This document shows, in pieces, positions 26,591 through 39,454 of a stretch of 64,000 nt of DNA. The notes beneath the pieces were generated by a model, which ran no database searches, was not told where the DNA came from, and worked only from the letters and a program-made list of their open reading frames with translations. Both the position numbers and the translations under genes were made by a program. The DNA is taken from contig NC_042997.1 in the NCBI RefSeq assembly GCF_006345805.1, positions 154,070,001-154,134,000 on the forward strand. Direction: 5' to 3'. Numbering within the stretch: the first letter of the stretch is position 1; every line of letters begins with the position of its first letter. Source of the stretch: Octopus sinensis. Lineage: Eukaryota.

Positions 26591-27562
26591 TAAGCTGCAA
26601 ATGACCATATTTCTAATAATACACAACCTAAATGCTGCAATTAATTTTTAAAATAGTCAAGAGTTAAATGAAAATAACAGACGTTTTTATTTATTATGCT
26701 ACTGATATCTCACATCATTGTTTATGTAGTCAATAATTAAGAAATGGCACAGAAAAGCACCCATTACACTATCAGAGTGGTTGGCATTAGGAAGGGCATC
26801 CAGCCATAGAAAACTATGCCAAATCAGAGTGGAGTCTGGTGCAGCCTTCCAGCAGGCCAGCCCAGTCAAACTGCCTGACCCATGCCAGCATGGTCAACAG
26901 ATATTAAATGATGATGAGTACTGATGTAATTATAAAATGCAGTTAGTACTGTCTATAAATGTGTGGAGATAATATAGTTTCAAAAATACTCTTTAAACCT
27001 CAACTAACATTTTACTGTTTTTGAGTCATAGATTAAAAAAAAAAAATGTTATAGGTCATAGGTATGCTTACTAGCAAACGTAATGCTTATTTATTCACAT
27101 TGTTTTGAATTAATTATGCATTAACTTATAGATTTGAGATTTGAATGAGGTGACTGTATTTTTGAAGAATGATATTATAAGGTAGGTGAGAGCGACTGGA
27201 TCTGGAGGATTATAACTTAGAACATGTAGAATATTTATCAGGGCTGGATACAGCCAGTTTGAATGCTAAATGCTTAATTAAAACAAGTCTGGGCTAAACA
27301 ACCCTGTAGGCTGCCTGGGTTGTTCTTAGATATCATAAGAACTCCTATTGCTGCTTGTATGTTTAGCACATCTAAATTCTTTGTTGTTTAAGGCTCTGTC
27401 ACAGATCCCACAGTGTTTTTATTGCACATATTGTATACTCCGAATATCTAATACTGATATTTTGCCTAATCCTTCACTGTGTATCAAGCATTCAAACTGT
27501 CACAGAATAAATTTTGCAAAATAATTCAAATAATTTAGATTTAAAAAGAAAAAGATACAAAC

Positions 27563-27825
27563 CTGCCACAAAAATGTAAAATTGGATAGCAAGTGTAAGT
27601 CTTGAAACCTATTAAAAGTACAGCTACAAGGATCGAGACATCTGGGTTATTGTAAGATAAGAGAATGTCACTTTTGATTTTGGAACCAAATGTTAAGTAG
27701 CCACACGTTGCCATAACTGTGTAAGTAATTATACAAAGGGCAAGAGCCACAGCAATCGTCTTAGAAAATTCCCGTAGTGTTCTCTTTTTTAGACAAGAGT
27801 AAATGGGTATAACACTAACATGGCA
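27563..27825 (-). CDS. SLC38A7: SLC38A7-like transporter exon
   Basis: tttcag|CHVSVIPIYSCL...YTVMATCGYLTFGSKIKSDILLSY...KTYTCYPILHFCGR|gttt; these are Aa_trans family motifs. Confidence 0.92.
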
Positions 27826-29583
27826 CTGAAACAAAAAGAAAAACAAGTTAATGGTATATTCATGAGAAATGTTACAGTTACTACTGGCTATGTGAACAGG
27901 AACAACATTTATTATCAAGTACCTGAAATAGGTTAATAAAAGATACATTATCTACTCCCTTGTGCCTGAAGTGATTTTAAAGAAATTCACTAATAAGTAC
28001 CTCTCATGGATAACAGCAGCAGCACAATGGCATGAGAGAATGTTTAGGGGAAGGTCACACTACTGCTAAAAACTATGACACACACACATGCGCACATAAG
28101 GATACACATCTTATAAGAACAGAATGGAGTAAGTGGAGCAAGAACACACACGAAAACGAAGTATCGCTGAAGAGGTCACAGATGTGTGACAAAAGATTTC
28201 TGGACAATGGACATGAGTAAAAATAATAAAATAGGAATAGTAATAAATGAATAAAGAAAAAATATATAGTGCATGTTTATTGGAGTGGGGGGAAGGGAAA
28301 TTACCATCCTGAAATATAACTTGGAGAAAAAAAAAAATCTCAGTTTAGCTGATATATTTTAAATCATGATAAGATATTAGTGTTGGCTCAAATGACATGA
28401 CCTACTTTTTCGCTGGTTTCAACGTTGGCCATGTTGGAGCAAACCCTTTAAGAGTTTTAGTAGATCACATAGGACTTGAAATTTATTTCAGTTTGGTGCT
28501 TATTCTATTAAATGACTTAATTACTTTTTGATGTAAAGCAATGAAACAGACACACATGCATATACAGAAGACTTGCCTAAAGGGTTCTATACAATAGAAC
28601 TGAAATCAGAGCCATGTGCTTTTAAAGCAAGCTTCTTAAGAACACGACTATAAAAAAGGGAAGTATCATACAATTTTGTCTATTACTTAAATAAGATAGG
28701 ATGATCACAACTAAAATGCTTCATCAGGGCTGATTTTGGGATTAAACAATAACTACAAGCAAGCTGAAGTATGGTAGTTTAGAATGTAAAGATAAAATGC
28801 CTTTACATGTGAAGAGAACAGAAGACTCATTTCAATAAAATGGGCTCACTTCATTAAATAACCAACCTACTCAATATTACATACATTTATACTAAAAAGA
28901 GAAATGAAATATTTGATAAATACCCAAACTAGAAAAATTATTCATTAGGTTACATCAATTGGATAAAATTAAAATTTTTGAAGTATTTATCACTTAAGGG
29001 AGTGAACTAGTAGAGTTGTTAGAGTATTGGATAGAATGCCTTATAGTATTTGTGGATCTCTGTACTGTGAGTTCAAATCCTACTGAAGCCAACTTAACAA
29101 TCTTTTCAGGGTTAATAAAAAGAGAAAAAAAGAGCATCAATCCAAGGTAGTGAATTGAAACAAGATTGAGCAAGATGCTTTGAGGCATCTATTCTGGTTC
29201 TTTGCTTTCTGAGAGCAACACCTATAATGACAATGACACTGGTGCCAAACTGTGTTTCCCCAATTTGGCAGCTTTACCTTGGATATAAACATCAGTGTTG
29301 TGAAAAGCAGACTTTGCCAGTCTTACCCAAAATAATCTTGCTCATACATGGTTGACCTTGACTGACAAAGGCCCAAATGATAATTTATCAGTTGGAAGAA
29401 AGTCCACATTCATGACCTTTGTAGGTTCTGAGACTTGTAAAGGGAAAAGACAAAAGAAAAACTACAACTTGTTTTACTGCAGTAAGAATCAACATGCTAA
29501 GATATAGATTAATCCTAAGACTGGAAAAACTACAAGACAAAATACTGATGTATGCGTTAATAAGGACAATAATTTGGACTCAC

Positions 29584-29641
29584 CTGATAGGAGAAACAAA
29601 CAGTAGGCATGACATAAAAGACATCAATCCAATTTTCAGGT
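29584..29641 (-). CDS. SLC38A7: SLC38A7-like transporter small exon
   Basis: ttcattcag|A PENWIDVFYVMPTVCFSYQ|gtgagt; 58 nt, phase-compatible on both sides. Confidence 0.88.
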
Positions 29642-30114
29642 CTGAATGAAAAAAAAAAAAAAATATATATATATATAAATATATATAACATTTTTGTTAT
29701 TCTTTTACTTATATCAGTAATTGAATTACTGCTACAGGAGCAGGACTTCCAAAAGGTTAGAAAAAGTTAGTCAATTATATCAAGCTCATAGATACTCTGT
29801 TAACTGATCTCCATTTAATAAAATCGTCAAGTTCATCAACTGAGTTATTTCTCTTAGTAACATAAGCATCTTAACTCTTTAGCATTCAGATTATTCTGTC
29901 AAATGTAATGCTTATATAATCAAATTGTTTTGAATTAATCATGCCATACATTGTAGCATTGAAATTTAGATGATGTGATTGTTTATTCTTGGAATGATAT
30001 TGTAGGGTAAGTGTGCAAAGGCAGAACTGGCCAGTTTGAACATAAAACAGAATATTTGGGACAGATACAGCCAGTTTAAATGCTAAAGGGTTGAAGTATT
30101 TACTTATACTTAAT

Positions 30115-31545
30115 AACAGAGGAATTCAAAACGGGTTGCCCCTGAGCCCTCATAGCAGAATCACTACTGGAACTAGAAAATAAATTTCGGGTTTGGAAGC
30201 TAGGTTTAGAATCAAAAGGCCTTAGAGTAAATGTAGCAAAGACCAAAGTTATAGTAAGCAGGAAGGCGAACTCATCACACATCCCCTCAGGTAGGTGGCT
30301 CTGCTTGATCTGTAGAAGATGTACCCAGTGTAAGCTATGGGCATAAGAGGTGCAGCAACATCAAAGGAAAATTAATCGAGAAGATAGCTTTCGTGTGCGG
30401 CAGATGCACAGGGGCAATAGACACCACAGATACCCAGAAAACAGATTCCATCACACTCCAGGGGGAGAAACTAGAAATAGTTGATAGTTTCTGCTACCTA
30501 GGTGACCAAGTTAGTAGTGGAGGTGGATGCTCAGAGGGTGTCACCACTAGAATATGAATAGCCTGGGCAAAGTTTAGAAAGCTTCTACCCCTACAGGTGA
30601 CAAAGGGTCTCGCTCAGAGTGAAAGGTAGATTGTACGATGCATGTGTGCGAACTACCATGCTTCACGGTAGTGAAACATGGGCTGTGACTGCAGAGGACA
30701 TGCGTAGGCTTGAAAGAAATGAAGCTAGCATGATCCGCTGGATGTGTAATGTCAGTGTGCACACACGACAGAGTGTAAGCGCCATGAGAGAAATGCTGGA
30801 CATAAGAGGCATGGGATGTAGCGTGCAAGAGAGACGTTTGCGCTGGTATGGTCATGTACTACGGATGGATGGGGAGAGGCGTGTGAAGAGGTGCCACTCC
30901 CAAACAGTTGAAGGTATCTGGGGGAGAGGTAGACCCAGGAAGACATGGGATGAGGTGGTCAAGCATGACCTTCAAACGCAATGATGAAAGACCAAGATCT
31001 CTGGAGATATGCTGTGACTGCAATGACCCGACAAAGAATGTGAGTTCATAGCTGTTTCCTGCACCAGTTTCACATAGCCCCAGCCTATCCTAAGTACCTT
31101 GGATTGCAGAACGACCTGCTGTGCTTACTTTGGATCGTAGGTTGACCTGCTGTGCTTGAGGAGACCTATTGAGTCAAGTACATCAACATCAAAATAAATA
31201 TCAAATGGAAATTGTAGTTGTGATACCTGTGCCGGTGGCACGTAAAAAACACCATCCGAATGTGGCCGATGCCAGTGCTGCCTTGACTGGCTTCTGTGCT
31301 GGTGGCATGTAAAAAGCACCAACCGATCGTGGCTGCTGCCAGCCTCCCCTGGCACCTGTACTGGTGGCACATAAAAAGCACCCACTACACTCATGGGGTG
31401 GTTGGCGTTAGAAAGGGCATCCAGCTGTAGAAACACTGCCAGATCAGACTGGAGCCTGGTGCAGCCTCCTGGTTTCTCAGGCTCCGGTCGAACCGTCCAA
31501 CCTGTGCTAGCACGGAAAACGGACATTAAACGACGATGATGATGA
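30115..31545 (+). mobile_element. RTE-clade LINE, 5'-truncated, with long 3'UTR and (GAT)n tail
   Basis: GLESKGLRVNVAKTKV, DSFCYLG, KGRLYDACVRTTMLHGSETW, RRLRWYGHVLRMD, GRGRPRKTW. Confidence 0.9.
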
Positions 31546-31889
31546 AGAAATGATATAAATATTTTCAAGTGTTATCATCAGCAGGCCAGTCTGTTTTCGT
31601 TTGGCACAACAAAATTTTCACTCTTTCTCTAAACTCTTGGGTTATCTTCTATCTTGTATTTGATAAAGTGAAGCTTTCCCAAATATTGTATAAGTATTTA
31701 ATAGCTTGTGTTGGGAAATATAATGTCTTGTCTTTATTTTTTGGCATTATCTTACATAGTTTACTAACTTTGCACATTATGTAGATATTCATTATATAAA
31801 TATAGTACCCATACAGAAGATAATTCATTCACTTTACATTAGATTTTGGAGGATTTTTTTTATTTGTCCCTTGCTAGCATGGTTTAGAG

Positions 31890-32643
31890 CTGGCCTGGCC
31901 AACTCTAATTACATTGCAGGTCACTTGAATCACTTGAAGGAAGGTGTGTAGCATGTGATCATCGCATTGACCATGACAGTGAAAGTTGTCATGGCGATAC
32001 CTGCTAAGAGGCCTTGCAAATTTGCAGAAAGTGTATGGAGAGGAGGGTGTGAGCTGCACACAAGTTCAGACGTTTCCAAGATGGCTGAAAAATGTTGATA
32101 TTGACAAAGGTTCTGGGAGACTTGCAACCAGTAGAACTGAGAAAAACATCACAGATGTGAGGGGAAATCGTTGAATCACAATATATGAGTTATCAGAGGA
32201 TGTGTAGATTAGTTATGGTTCAGTTCAGTCCATTATCACTGAAGATTTGGCTACGAGATGCGTGTCTAAGTCTGCATCAAAACTGCTTTCAGCTGATCAA
32301 AATGACACTCAGGGTTTCAGTTGCACAAGATCTTGATTGTGTTGAGAACGATGAATACTTTTTGAAAACTTTGCATAGACCTCTGAGCAGATATCGACAA
32401 GCTTTTGGCAAAATTTGATGCAGATTCTCTGCTCAACTTTCTCCGTCATGGTCAATGCGATGATCATATGCTACACACCTTCCTTCCAAAGCACAGCTGT
32501 AAACAGTGCAAGTGAGATAGAACGTTAAAATTTAGTGCGCATGCACAGCAGAATTCCAGGTTAATCTGTACCAAGTGGCTTCACTATGTGCTTTAGCTGC
32601 ATTACTATGGCAACAGTTCGGACACTTATTGATCAGACCTTGT
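31890..32643. mobile_element. Mariner-derived non-autonomous element with long internal inverted arms
   Basis: LQKVYGEE..V.RW...GSGRLATSRTEKNI (transposase N-terminus). 31935-32030 is inverted at 32370-32487. TIR-like end GGACACTTATTGATCAGACCTTG-TA. Confidence 0.65.
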
Positions 32644-32756
32644 ATGTATGTATAATGAAGTACCACGTACCTACAAACCTTTAATAAATATCAAATTATA
32701 GTGATGGTGAGGAAATTTAGGATATAAAGCTGTAGAAAATGGCAAGTGTTACTTAC

Positions 32757-32849
32757 GAAGTGCGTATATATTCAGGAGGAGTTTCAAGTAATGCATATTT
32801 GGCAATAACAACAATCACAACATATATAACAGCCACAACTCCTAGGAAA
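32757..32849 (-). CDS. SLC38A7: SLC38A7-like transporter exon
   Basis: tttccag|T FLGVVAVIYVVIVVIAKYALLETPPEYIRT TC|gtaagt. Confidence 0.88.
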
Positions 32850-33104
32850 CTGGAAATATATAGAATATAAGAATGCAAGGTTCTATGAATTTCAAAGTAA
32901 ATGACAAACATTGAAATGAACTTAACATAAAAATTCCAATAAAATATTTGGATGATTGTAGTAACAATAGCTATTTAAAACATGTGTACCATTATATATA
33001 CCTTTGCTTTACTTTGTGACAGAGTTACATATATAATAAAGTATTAAAAAATTTTGTCACATTTATGGCCAGAAGCAACTCAAAAGTGTAATTCCAATAC
33101 TAAC

Positions 33105-33243
33105 CTTGCATACTTCAGGAAATCTATCTTCTTAGGGAAACAGAATGGTAAAATGAGTACTGTTGAGGTCACTACTATAGTAAATATTCGGTTCATATAC
33201 CAAGGGTTTGTACAGAAAAGGCCCTTATTAACAAAGATAAAAA
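33105..33243 (-). CDS. SLC38A7: SLC38A7-like transporter exon
   Basis: ttttcag|..FIFVNKGLFCTNPWYMNRIFTIVVTSTVLILPFCFPKKIDFLKYA AG|gttag. Confidence 0.9.
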
Positions 33244-33279
33244 CTGAAAAGAGAAAACGCATGCATTAATATTAATTTT

Positions 33280-35275
33280 AAGGATATGAAGACAGGGGAA
33301 GCCCCCAGCCCATCAGGAATCACCACCGAGATGCTTAAAATATCCAGTGGTGTGGGTTATGGTCTAGTCACCCGTATTGTAAATCAGGTGGTTCATGAAG
33401 AAGTCATACCCAATGACGGGTGTAGCAGCACCATAGTCAACTGCTACAAAGTTAAAGGTAATGCCTTAGATAGAAATAGTTACAGAGGTATCAAATTATT
33501 GGATCAGGTGATGAAAGTTGTGGAGAAAGTCATAGACCAACTAATCAGGGAGAGAGTCTAGATAAGATGCAGTTTGGCTTTGTGCCAGGTAGAAGCACCA
33601 CTGATGCTATATTTCTGGTAAGGTAACTGCAGTAGAAATACCTAACCAAAGATAAACCTCTGTACTTGGCTTTCGTTGATTTGGAGAAAGCTTTTGACAG
33701 GGTTCCCCCATCCTTATCTGGTGGTCAATGCAGAAACTAGGAATAGACAAATGGTTGGTGAGAGCTGTACAGGGATGCTATCAGTAAGGTGAGGGTGGGC
33801 AATGAGTACAGCTAAGAATTCAGGGTACAAGTAGGGTTCATCAAGAATCGGTGCTCAGCCCCCTCTTGTTCATCATAATCCTCCAGGCAATAACAGAGGA
33901 ATTCAAGACAGGCTACCCCTGGGAGCTCCTCTATGATGATGACCTTGCTCTTACAGCTAAATCACAACCTGAGCTAGAGAAGTTCCAGGTATGGAAACAA
34001 GGTCTATAATCAAAGGGCCTTAGAGTTAACCTAGCAAAAACCCAAGTCATAATAAGTAGGAAGGCAAACAAATCACAAATTTCCTCAGGTAGATGGCCCT
34101 GCTCAATCTGTAGAAAAGATGTAGGTAGAAGCTCCATAAGATTCACCTAGTGTAAGCTCTGGACATATAAAAGGTGCAGCAACATCAAAGGAAGGTTAAC
34201 AGAAAAACTAACTTTTGTATGTGGAAGGTGCACAGGCAAAATAAATGCTAAACATGTGCAGAAAACACTCCAACTGTCAGGGGTGAAAACTAGAGGTAGT
34301 AGATAGCTTCTAGATGACCAGGTTAGTAGTGGAGGTGGATGTTCCGAGAGCGTAGCAGTGAGAATAAGATTAGGTTGGGCAAAGTTCAGAGAGCTCCTAC
34401 CCCTACAGGCAACAAAGGAGTGAGGCAATCTACCTCACACTCAGACTGAACGGCAGATTGTTTGATGCCTGTGTGCAAACAGCTATGCTACATGGCAGTG
34501 AAACATGGGGTATGACAGCTGAGGACATGCGTAGGCTTGAGGGAAATGAAACCAGTACGCTTTGCTTGATGTGCAATGTCAGTGTATATGCTCGACAGAA
34601 AAGTTAGGCATAAGAGGAATCAGATGTGGTGTGCAAGGGAAACGACTGTGCTGGTATGGTCATAAGAATGTGCATGGACAAGGACAGCTGTCTAAAGAAG
34701 TGCCAATTTCTGTTGAAGGAACCTGTAGTAGAGGTAGACTGAGGAAGACATGGGATAAGGTGGTGAAGCATGATCATTGAACTTTGAACCTCACAGAGGC
34801 AATGCCTAGTGACCAAGTACTTTGGCGATGTACGCTGTTTAAGAGGTCCTGTCAAGCCAAGTGCACCTGTGCAGGTGACACGTAAAAAAAAAAATCAACT
34901 TGAATGTTGGGCCTTATGGAGGCAAAGTGGGTGAGTTCTTTTTGAGTGTTGGGCCTAACTGAAGCATAGCGGCTGAGTTCCTTTTGAGTGTTGGGCCTCG
35001 CGGAGGCAATGACCAAGACCTTTGGCATTATGTTGTGCTTGAAAAGAAGACCCATCAAGCCGAGCAAATCGCAGTCGTATCAGATACCGGTGTCATGCAA
35101 ATGGCACGTAAGAGCGCCCATTACGCTCTTGGAGTGTTTGGTGTTAGGAAGGGCATCCAGCCATAGAAAACCATGCCAAATCAGACTGGAGCCTGGTGCA
35201 GCCTTCCAGCGTACCAGCCCCGTTCAACCCATGCCAGCATGGACAATGGACATTAAACAATGTTGATGGTGATGA
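33280..35275 (+). mobile_element. RTE-clade LINE RT fragment (same family as 30115-31545), degenerate
   Basis: MKTGEAPSPSGITTEMLK, YRGIKLL, QFGFVPGRSTTDAIF, FVDLEKAFDRVP, LLYDDDL; many stops; shared 3'UTR tail. Confidence 0.9.
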
Positions 35276-35658
35276 CCGAAAATATTCTAGCATAAATTGA
35301 TCATGTAATAATTATGAAGACTAAACTTCCACCCACATGCAGGAGCGATGTCGTAGCATAGCTTGAAAAGTTTTTGTTACCTTTAAATAAAAATACTGCT
35401 GAGTGAACAAGTGTCAAGCAATATAGTAGAAAGAGATTGTGATGATACTGTTTCAATACCTTTAAATTAACCCTATAGCATTCAGATTATTTTGTTAAAT
35501 ATAATGCTTATTTATTCACATTGTTTTGAATTAATCATGAATTATCTTGTATCTCCAAGTCTTTGATGATGTGGTAGTTCATTTTTAGTATGACATTGTA
35601 GGGTAAATGTGAGGAGCTGCATTTTGCCAGCTTGAACATAATGCAGGTAGAATATTTT

Positions 35659-35960
35659 GGCGGTGAGCTGGCAGAAACGTTAGCATGCCGGGTGAAATGC
35701 TTAGCGGTATTTCGTCTGCCGCTACGTTGTGAGTTCAAAGTACTTGGTCACTAGGCATTGCTTCTGTGAGGTTCAAAGTTCAATGGTCATGCTTCACCAC
35801 CTTGTCCCATGTCTTCCTCGGTCGACTTTGCCTTTCATCCTTTCGGGGTCGATAAATTAAGTACCAGTTACGCACTGGGGTCGATATAATCGACTTAATA
35901 CCTATGTCTGTCCTTGTCTGTTCCCTCTGTGTTTATCTCCTTGTGGGTAATAAAGAAATA
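35659..35960 (+). mobile_element. SINE B inside a piggyBac-type MITE, carrying an ~80-bp inverted RTE insert
   Basis: SINE B head and body are interrupted at 35740-35819. Confidence 0.85.
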
Positions 35961-36453
35961 GGTAGAATATTTTGGCTGGATATGGATGGTTTAAATGTTA
36001 AAGGGTTAAATTAAAAGCATTGAACGAGAGTATCATTTCAAACTTACTACAACAGTTGTGTTGTGTTCTTTAAACCTCCAGCATTTAAACCAGCCATATT
36101 CAGCCTACTTGTTTTATATTCAAACCAGTCAGATCTTGTCTCTCACACGTACCCTATAATGTCATTCCAAGCATATGCAATCACACGACTGAAATCTTGA
36201 AGCTACAAGTTAATGCAGGATTAATTTAAAACAAAAGGGACTGAATAAGCATTACATTAAACAGAGTAATATGAATGCTAAAGGGTTGAGGTGTCTTCTC
36301 TCAATCTATTTGTATGACAATTAAGTTCCATTTCAACTTCACATGATTACTCTAGTAAAATGCACCAAGTTTTAAAAACAATGCAAATTAGCAAATAGCA
36401 ACCCTACCTCCATACTTGTATAAAAACAGATTAAACAAAATTTTGTTACTTAC

Positions 36454-36652
36454 ATTCTTGCCATTGGTCGCCAATGATGATAAGGAAAGTGATGCAGGTA
36501 CCATAGCAGTAAAGCGTGATTGCGATAGAACACCACAACAGACCCTGATGGCCACACAGATAGAAAACGACTTCTTGGTAGTTAGTACTTTGGTTTTTAT
36601 CAGAGCAGTACACAAGAATTAATAGAGCTGCCACCACAAATATCATCAAAAA
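36454..36652 (-). CDS. SLC38A7: SLC38A7-like transporter exon
   Basis: cttttag|FLMIFVVAALLILVYCSD..STNYQEVV..LCG...YCYGTCITFLIIIGDQWQE T|gtaag. Confidence 0.9.
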
Positions 36653-37125
36653 CTAAAAGAAAAATGAAAGACACTCCTTTAAGTTTATAGACTAGAAGAA
36701 TATTCTAAAAAGCTCATTATCAATCAAAGTTTTATTATACTGGCAGTTTTATCTTTGATTTGTTTCCATAGTTAAGATTTAAGTGTTTGCTATACTAGTC
36801 AATACATTTTCAATAATTTTAGTAAAAAAGTTAGAATGGAAACAAATTTGAGGCAAATAAGTTATCCAAAACTTTTCTCCCCAAAAAGCTTTTTTTTTAC
36901 CATAAATTCTTATTTCTTTATTGCCTACAATAAAGTGCTCAACTGATACTTAATTTATTAACCCAGCGCTCAACTGATACTTAATTTATTAACCCTGAAA
37001 GAACGAAAGGCAAAGTTGACCTTGGTGGAATTTGAACTCAGAACATAAAGATGGACGAAATGCCACAAAGTATTGCCCTGAGTGCTAACTATTCTGCCAG
37101 TTTGCTACCTTACTACAAGCATATA

Positions 37126-37339
37126 TTAACCCATTTGATATCAACCCAGTTGAAATCATCTCTGGCTCTGTTTTCAAAAGTTCTGAGCTAAAATCTTCCA
37201 CCAAACCTTAGTCACAATTTATGCTCCTAACACCAGCTTAATGATAACTAAGTTAGTTCACTAAATTCTTTGTTATATTCAAAATTAATTGAAAGAAACA
37301 CAGATCATCTTACCAGAAATATGGTAACAAAGGGGTTAA
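37126..37339. mobile_element. Second piggyBac-type MITE family
   Basis: TTAA-CCCATTTG...CAAAGGGG-TTAA; related internal sequence at ~140-300 and ~41070-41130. Confidence 0.6.
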
Positions 37340-37483
37340 TATGATAATATTGTTGAAGTAAACATAATAGAAACATCGGAAAAAAGTAATTAGAAAGTCT
37401 TACTATCATGTGTGTACATGATAGCTTTGTAACATGAAACTTTAATGAAGTACAGAAGAATGAAAAAAAAAAGAAATATTTAC

Positions 37484-37608
37484 TGCTTGAATGACTATGC
37501 CAATGAGAACTCCACCAGCTTGGTAGTAAGATTCTGGGAAATTGAGAAGACCAGCACCTAATGCAGCATTGACAACAAGGAATACTGCAGCAAACCAACT
37601 TGTGCCCA
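37484..37608 (-). CDS. SLC38A7: SLC38A7-like transporter exon (TM1)
   Basis: tttatcag|[43 protein letters not shown]|gtaaat; [11 protein letters not shown] is characteristic of SLC38A7/8. Confidence 0.92.
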
Positions 37609-38178
37609 CTGATAAATGAATAAAGAAATAAAATATTAAGAAATACAAAAAGTAGAAAAATAAAAGAACTGAAACAAGATGAAAATCTATTAGGTTTCTT
37701 TTTTTAACAAGATGTTTCCAGTGTCATATAGTTTTCATAGAAATCACCTTGTGGTGACTTGAATACATCATTAGTGATGTTACCTGGAGTAACTGGGTGT
37801 TTTAAATCTCTCCGCAATTAGATACTGTCACCCAGGTAATTCAGCCTGGATCACTCAAGTTCCAGTTTGAATCCAGTTAATATTATCACCATACTTCCCA
37901 ACTGATTCATAGCCACTTTGAAGCAACCTCTGCTACCTTTGTAGTTAACTTGATGGCCTTCTGCCTACTGGCTATGATGTTGTAAATGGGTTTGAAAATT
38001 GATGAAAACATTCCCAAACTATAGTTTTGAAAACATTGCGTTATGAAAGCTATTGCATTATCAAGATTCTGCAGAAAATCACAAACCATTTTTCTGAAAG
38101 CTACAAGGAAACAAATTTGAGGCAAATGAGTTATCCAAAACTTTTCTCCCCAAAAAAGCTTTTTTTACCATAAATTCT

Positions 38179-38353
38179 TATTTCTTTACTGCCCACAAGG
38201 GGCTAAACATAGAGGGAACAAACAAGGACAGACAAAGGGATCAAGTCGATTAGATCGACCCCAGTGCGTAACTGGTACTTAATTTATCAACCCTGAAAGG
38301 GTGAAAGGTAAGCATTTCGCCCGGCGTGCTAACGTTTCTGCTAGTTCACTGCC
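38179..38353 (-). mobile_element. SINE B (internally deleted) with TSD
   Basis: Flanked by TTTTTTACCATAAATTCT on both sides (~38161-38178 and ~38359-38376). Confidence 0.75.
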
Positions 38354-39454
38354 TTTTTTTTTTTACCATAAATTCTACACCATCTGAGACGTATTTGTAG
38401 CAACTTACATTGATAAATATCAAATTTTCAGGAAGTTATGAGTAAACAAATTTGGCAGGGCACATTTTTGTGTGGTTAGGGAGCTTGCTTCCTAGCTGCA
38501 TGGTTTCGGGTTCAGTCCCACTGCGTGGCACTCTGGGTAGGTGTCTTCCACTATAGCCTCGAGCCGACCGGAGCTTTGTGATTGAATTCGGTAGGTGGAA
38601 GTTACTGCCGTGTGTGTATGTGTGCGTATAGCTGCTCAGTGCCTCTCCAAAAGAGAGAGGGATATCCTGAATTTACCGAGCAAGTGACTACTATGAGAGA
38701 AATAAAGGATTCAATGGAAAATGAAACAAACAGAAAAATTACATAAATTGGAAATCAAATGTGTCAATGTAATTTAGTAACTAGCACCACCTGGAGGGCA
38801 GTCTCTCTGCTAGCACATATTAAGGAGGCATTGTGGCTAACTTTTTCCAATGCTAGCAGGATTAGACGATTAGACATAATGTCGCAGTCACTCACCCTTA
38901 CCTGTTTTTCCAGGAAGTGGGGTTTTTTTAAAATCCATCTTCAAAAGCACAGAGCTAGTGGGCAGTTTTTTAATAGAGAATGTTAATAAACTTCACCATT
39001 TGTACTCCAGCTCTTTTTCATTCAAAATAAGGAATACAGGTGTTCACATACACGACAGGTTTCTGTACTGTACAGTTTTCATCAACCAAATTAACTTCCA
39101 AGGAATTAGTTGGCCAAGCAAAGCAATAAAAAACACCTGCCCAATGTGTTGTACAGTAGGATTGAACCTGAAACCACCTAGTTGAAGAGTGAACTTTTTA
39201 ACCACTCAGCCATGCCACATATATTTTTACTGAGAGAGAAAGAGGGGATGCCAGCAAAACACTTAAAACTTCCTTTTTATTCTTAACCTACTTTGTCATT
39301 TTGCCTCAGTCACCAGGTAAGAAGTAGCTGCTATGCGATTGCTCAACTTGATATAAATTGCAGCCAAATTTTCCTCAAATATCATGTCCTAGTATCTTAA
39401 AACTAGAAAATGTATGTATTCAGGATAATGCAATTATGGATATATTATACAAAC

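Noticed and set aside
37700-37990. Candidate SLC38A7 upstream exon ending ...HPVTP G|gtaac (phase 1)
   Set aside because: There is an in-frame TAA just upstream and no convincing acceptor.
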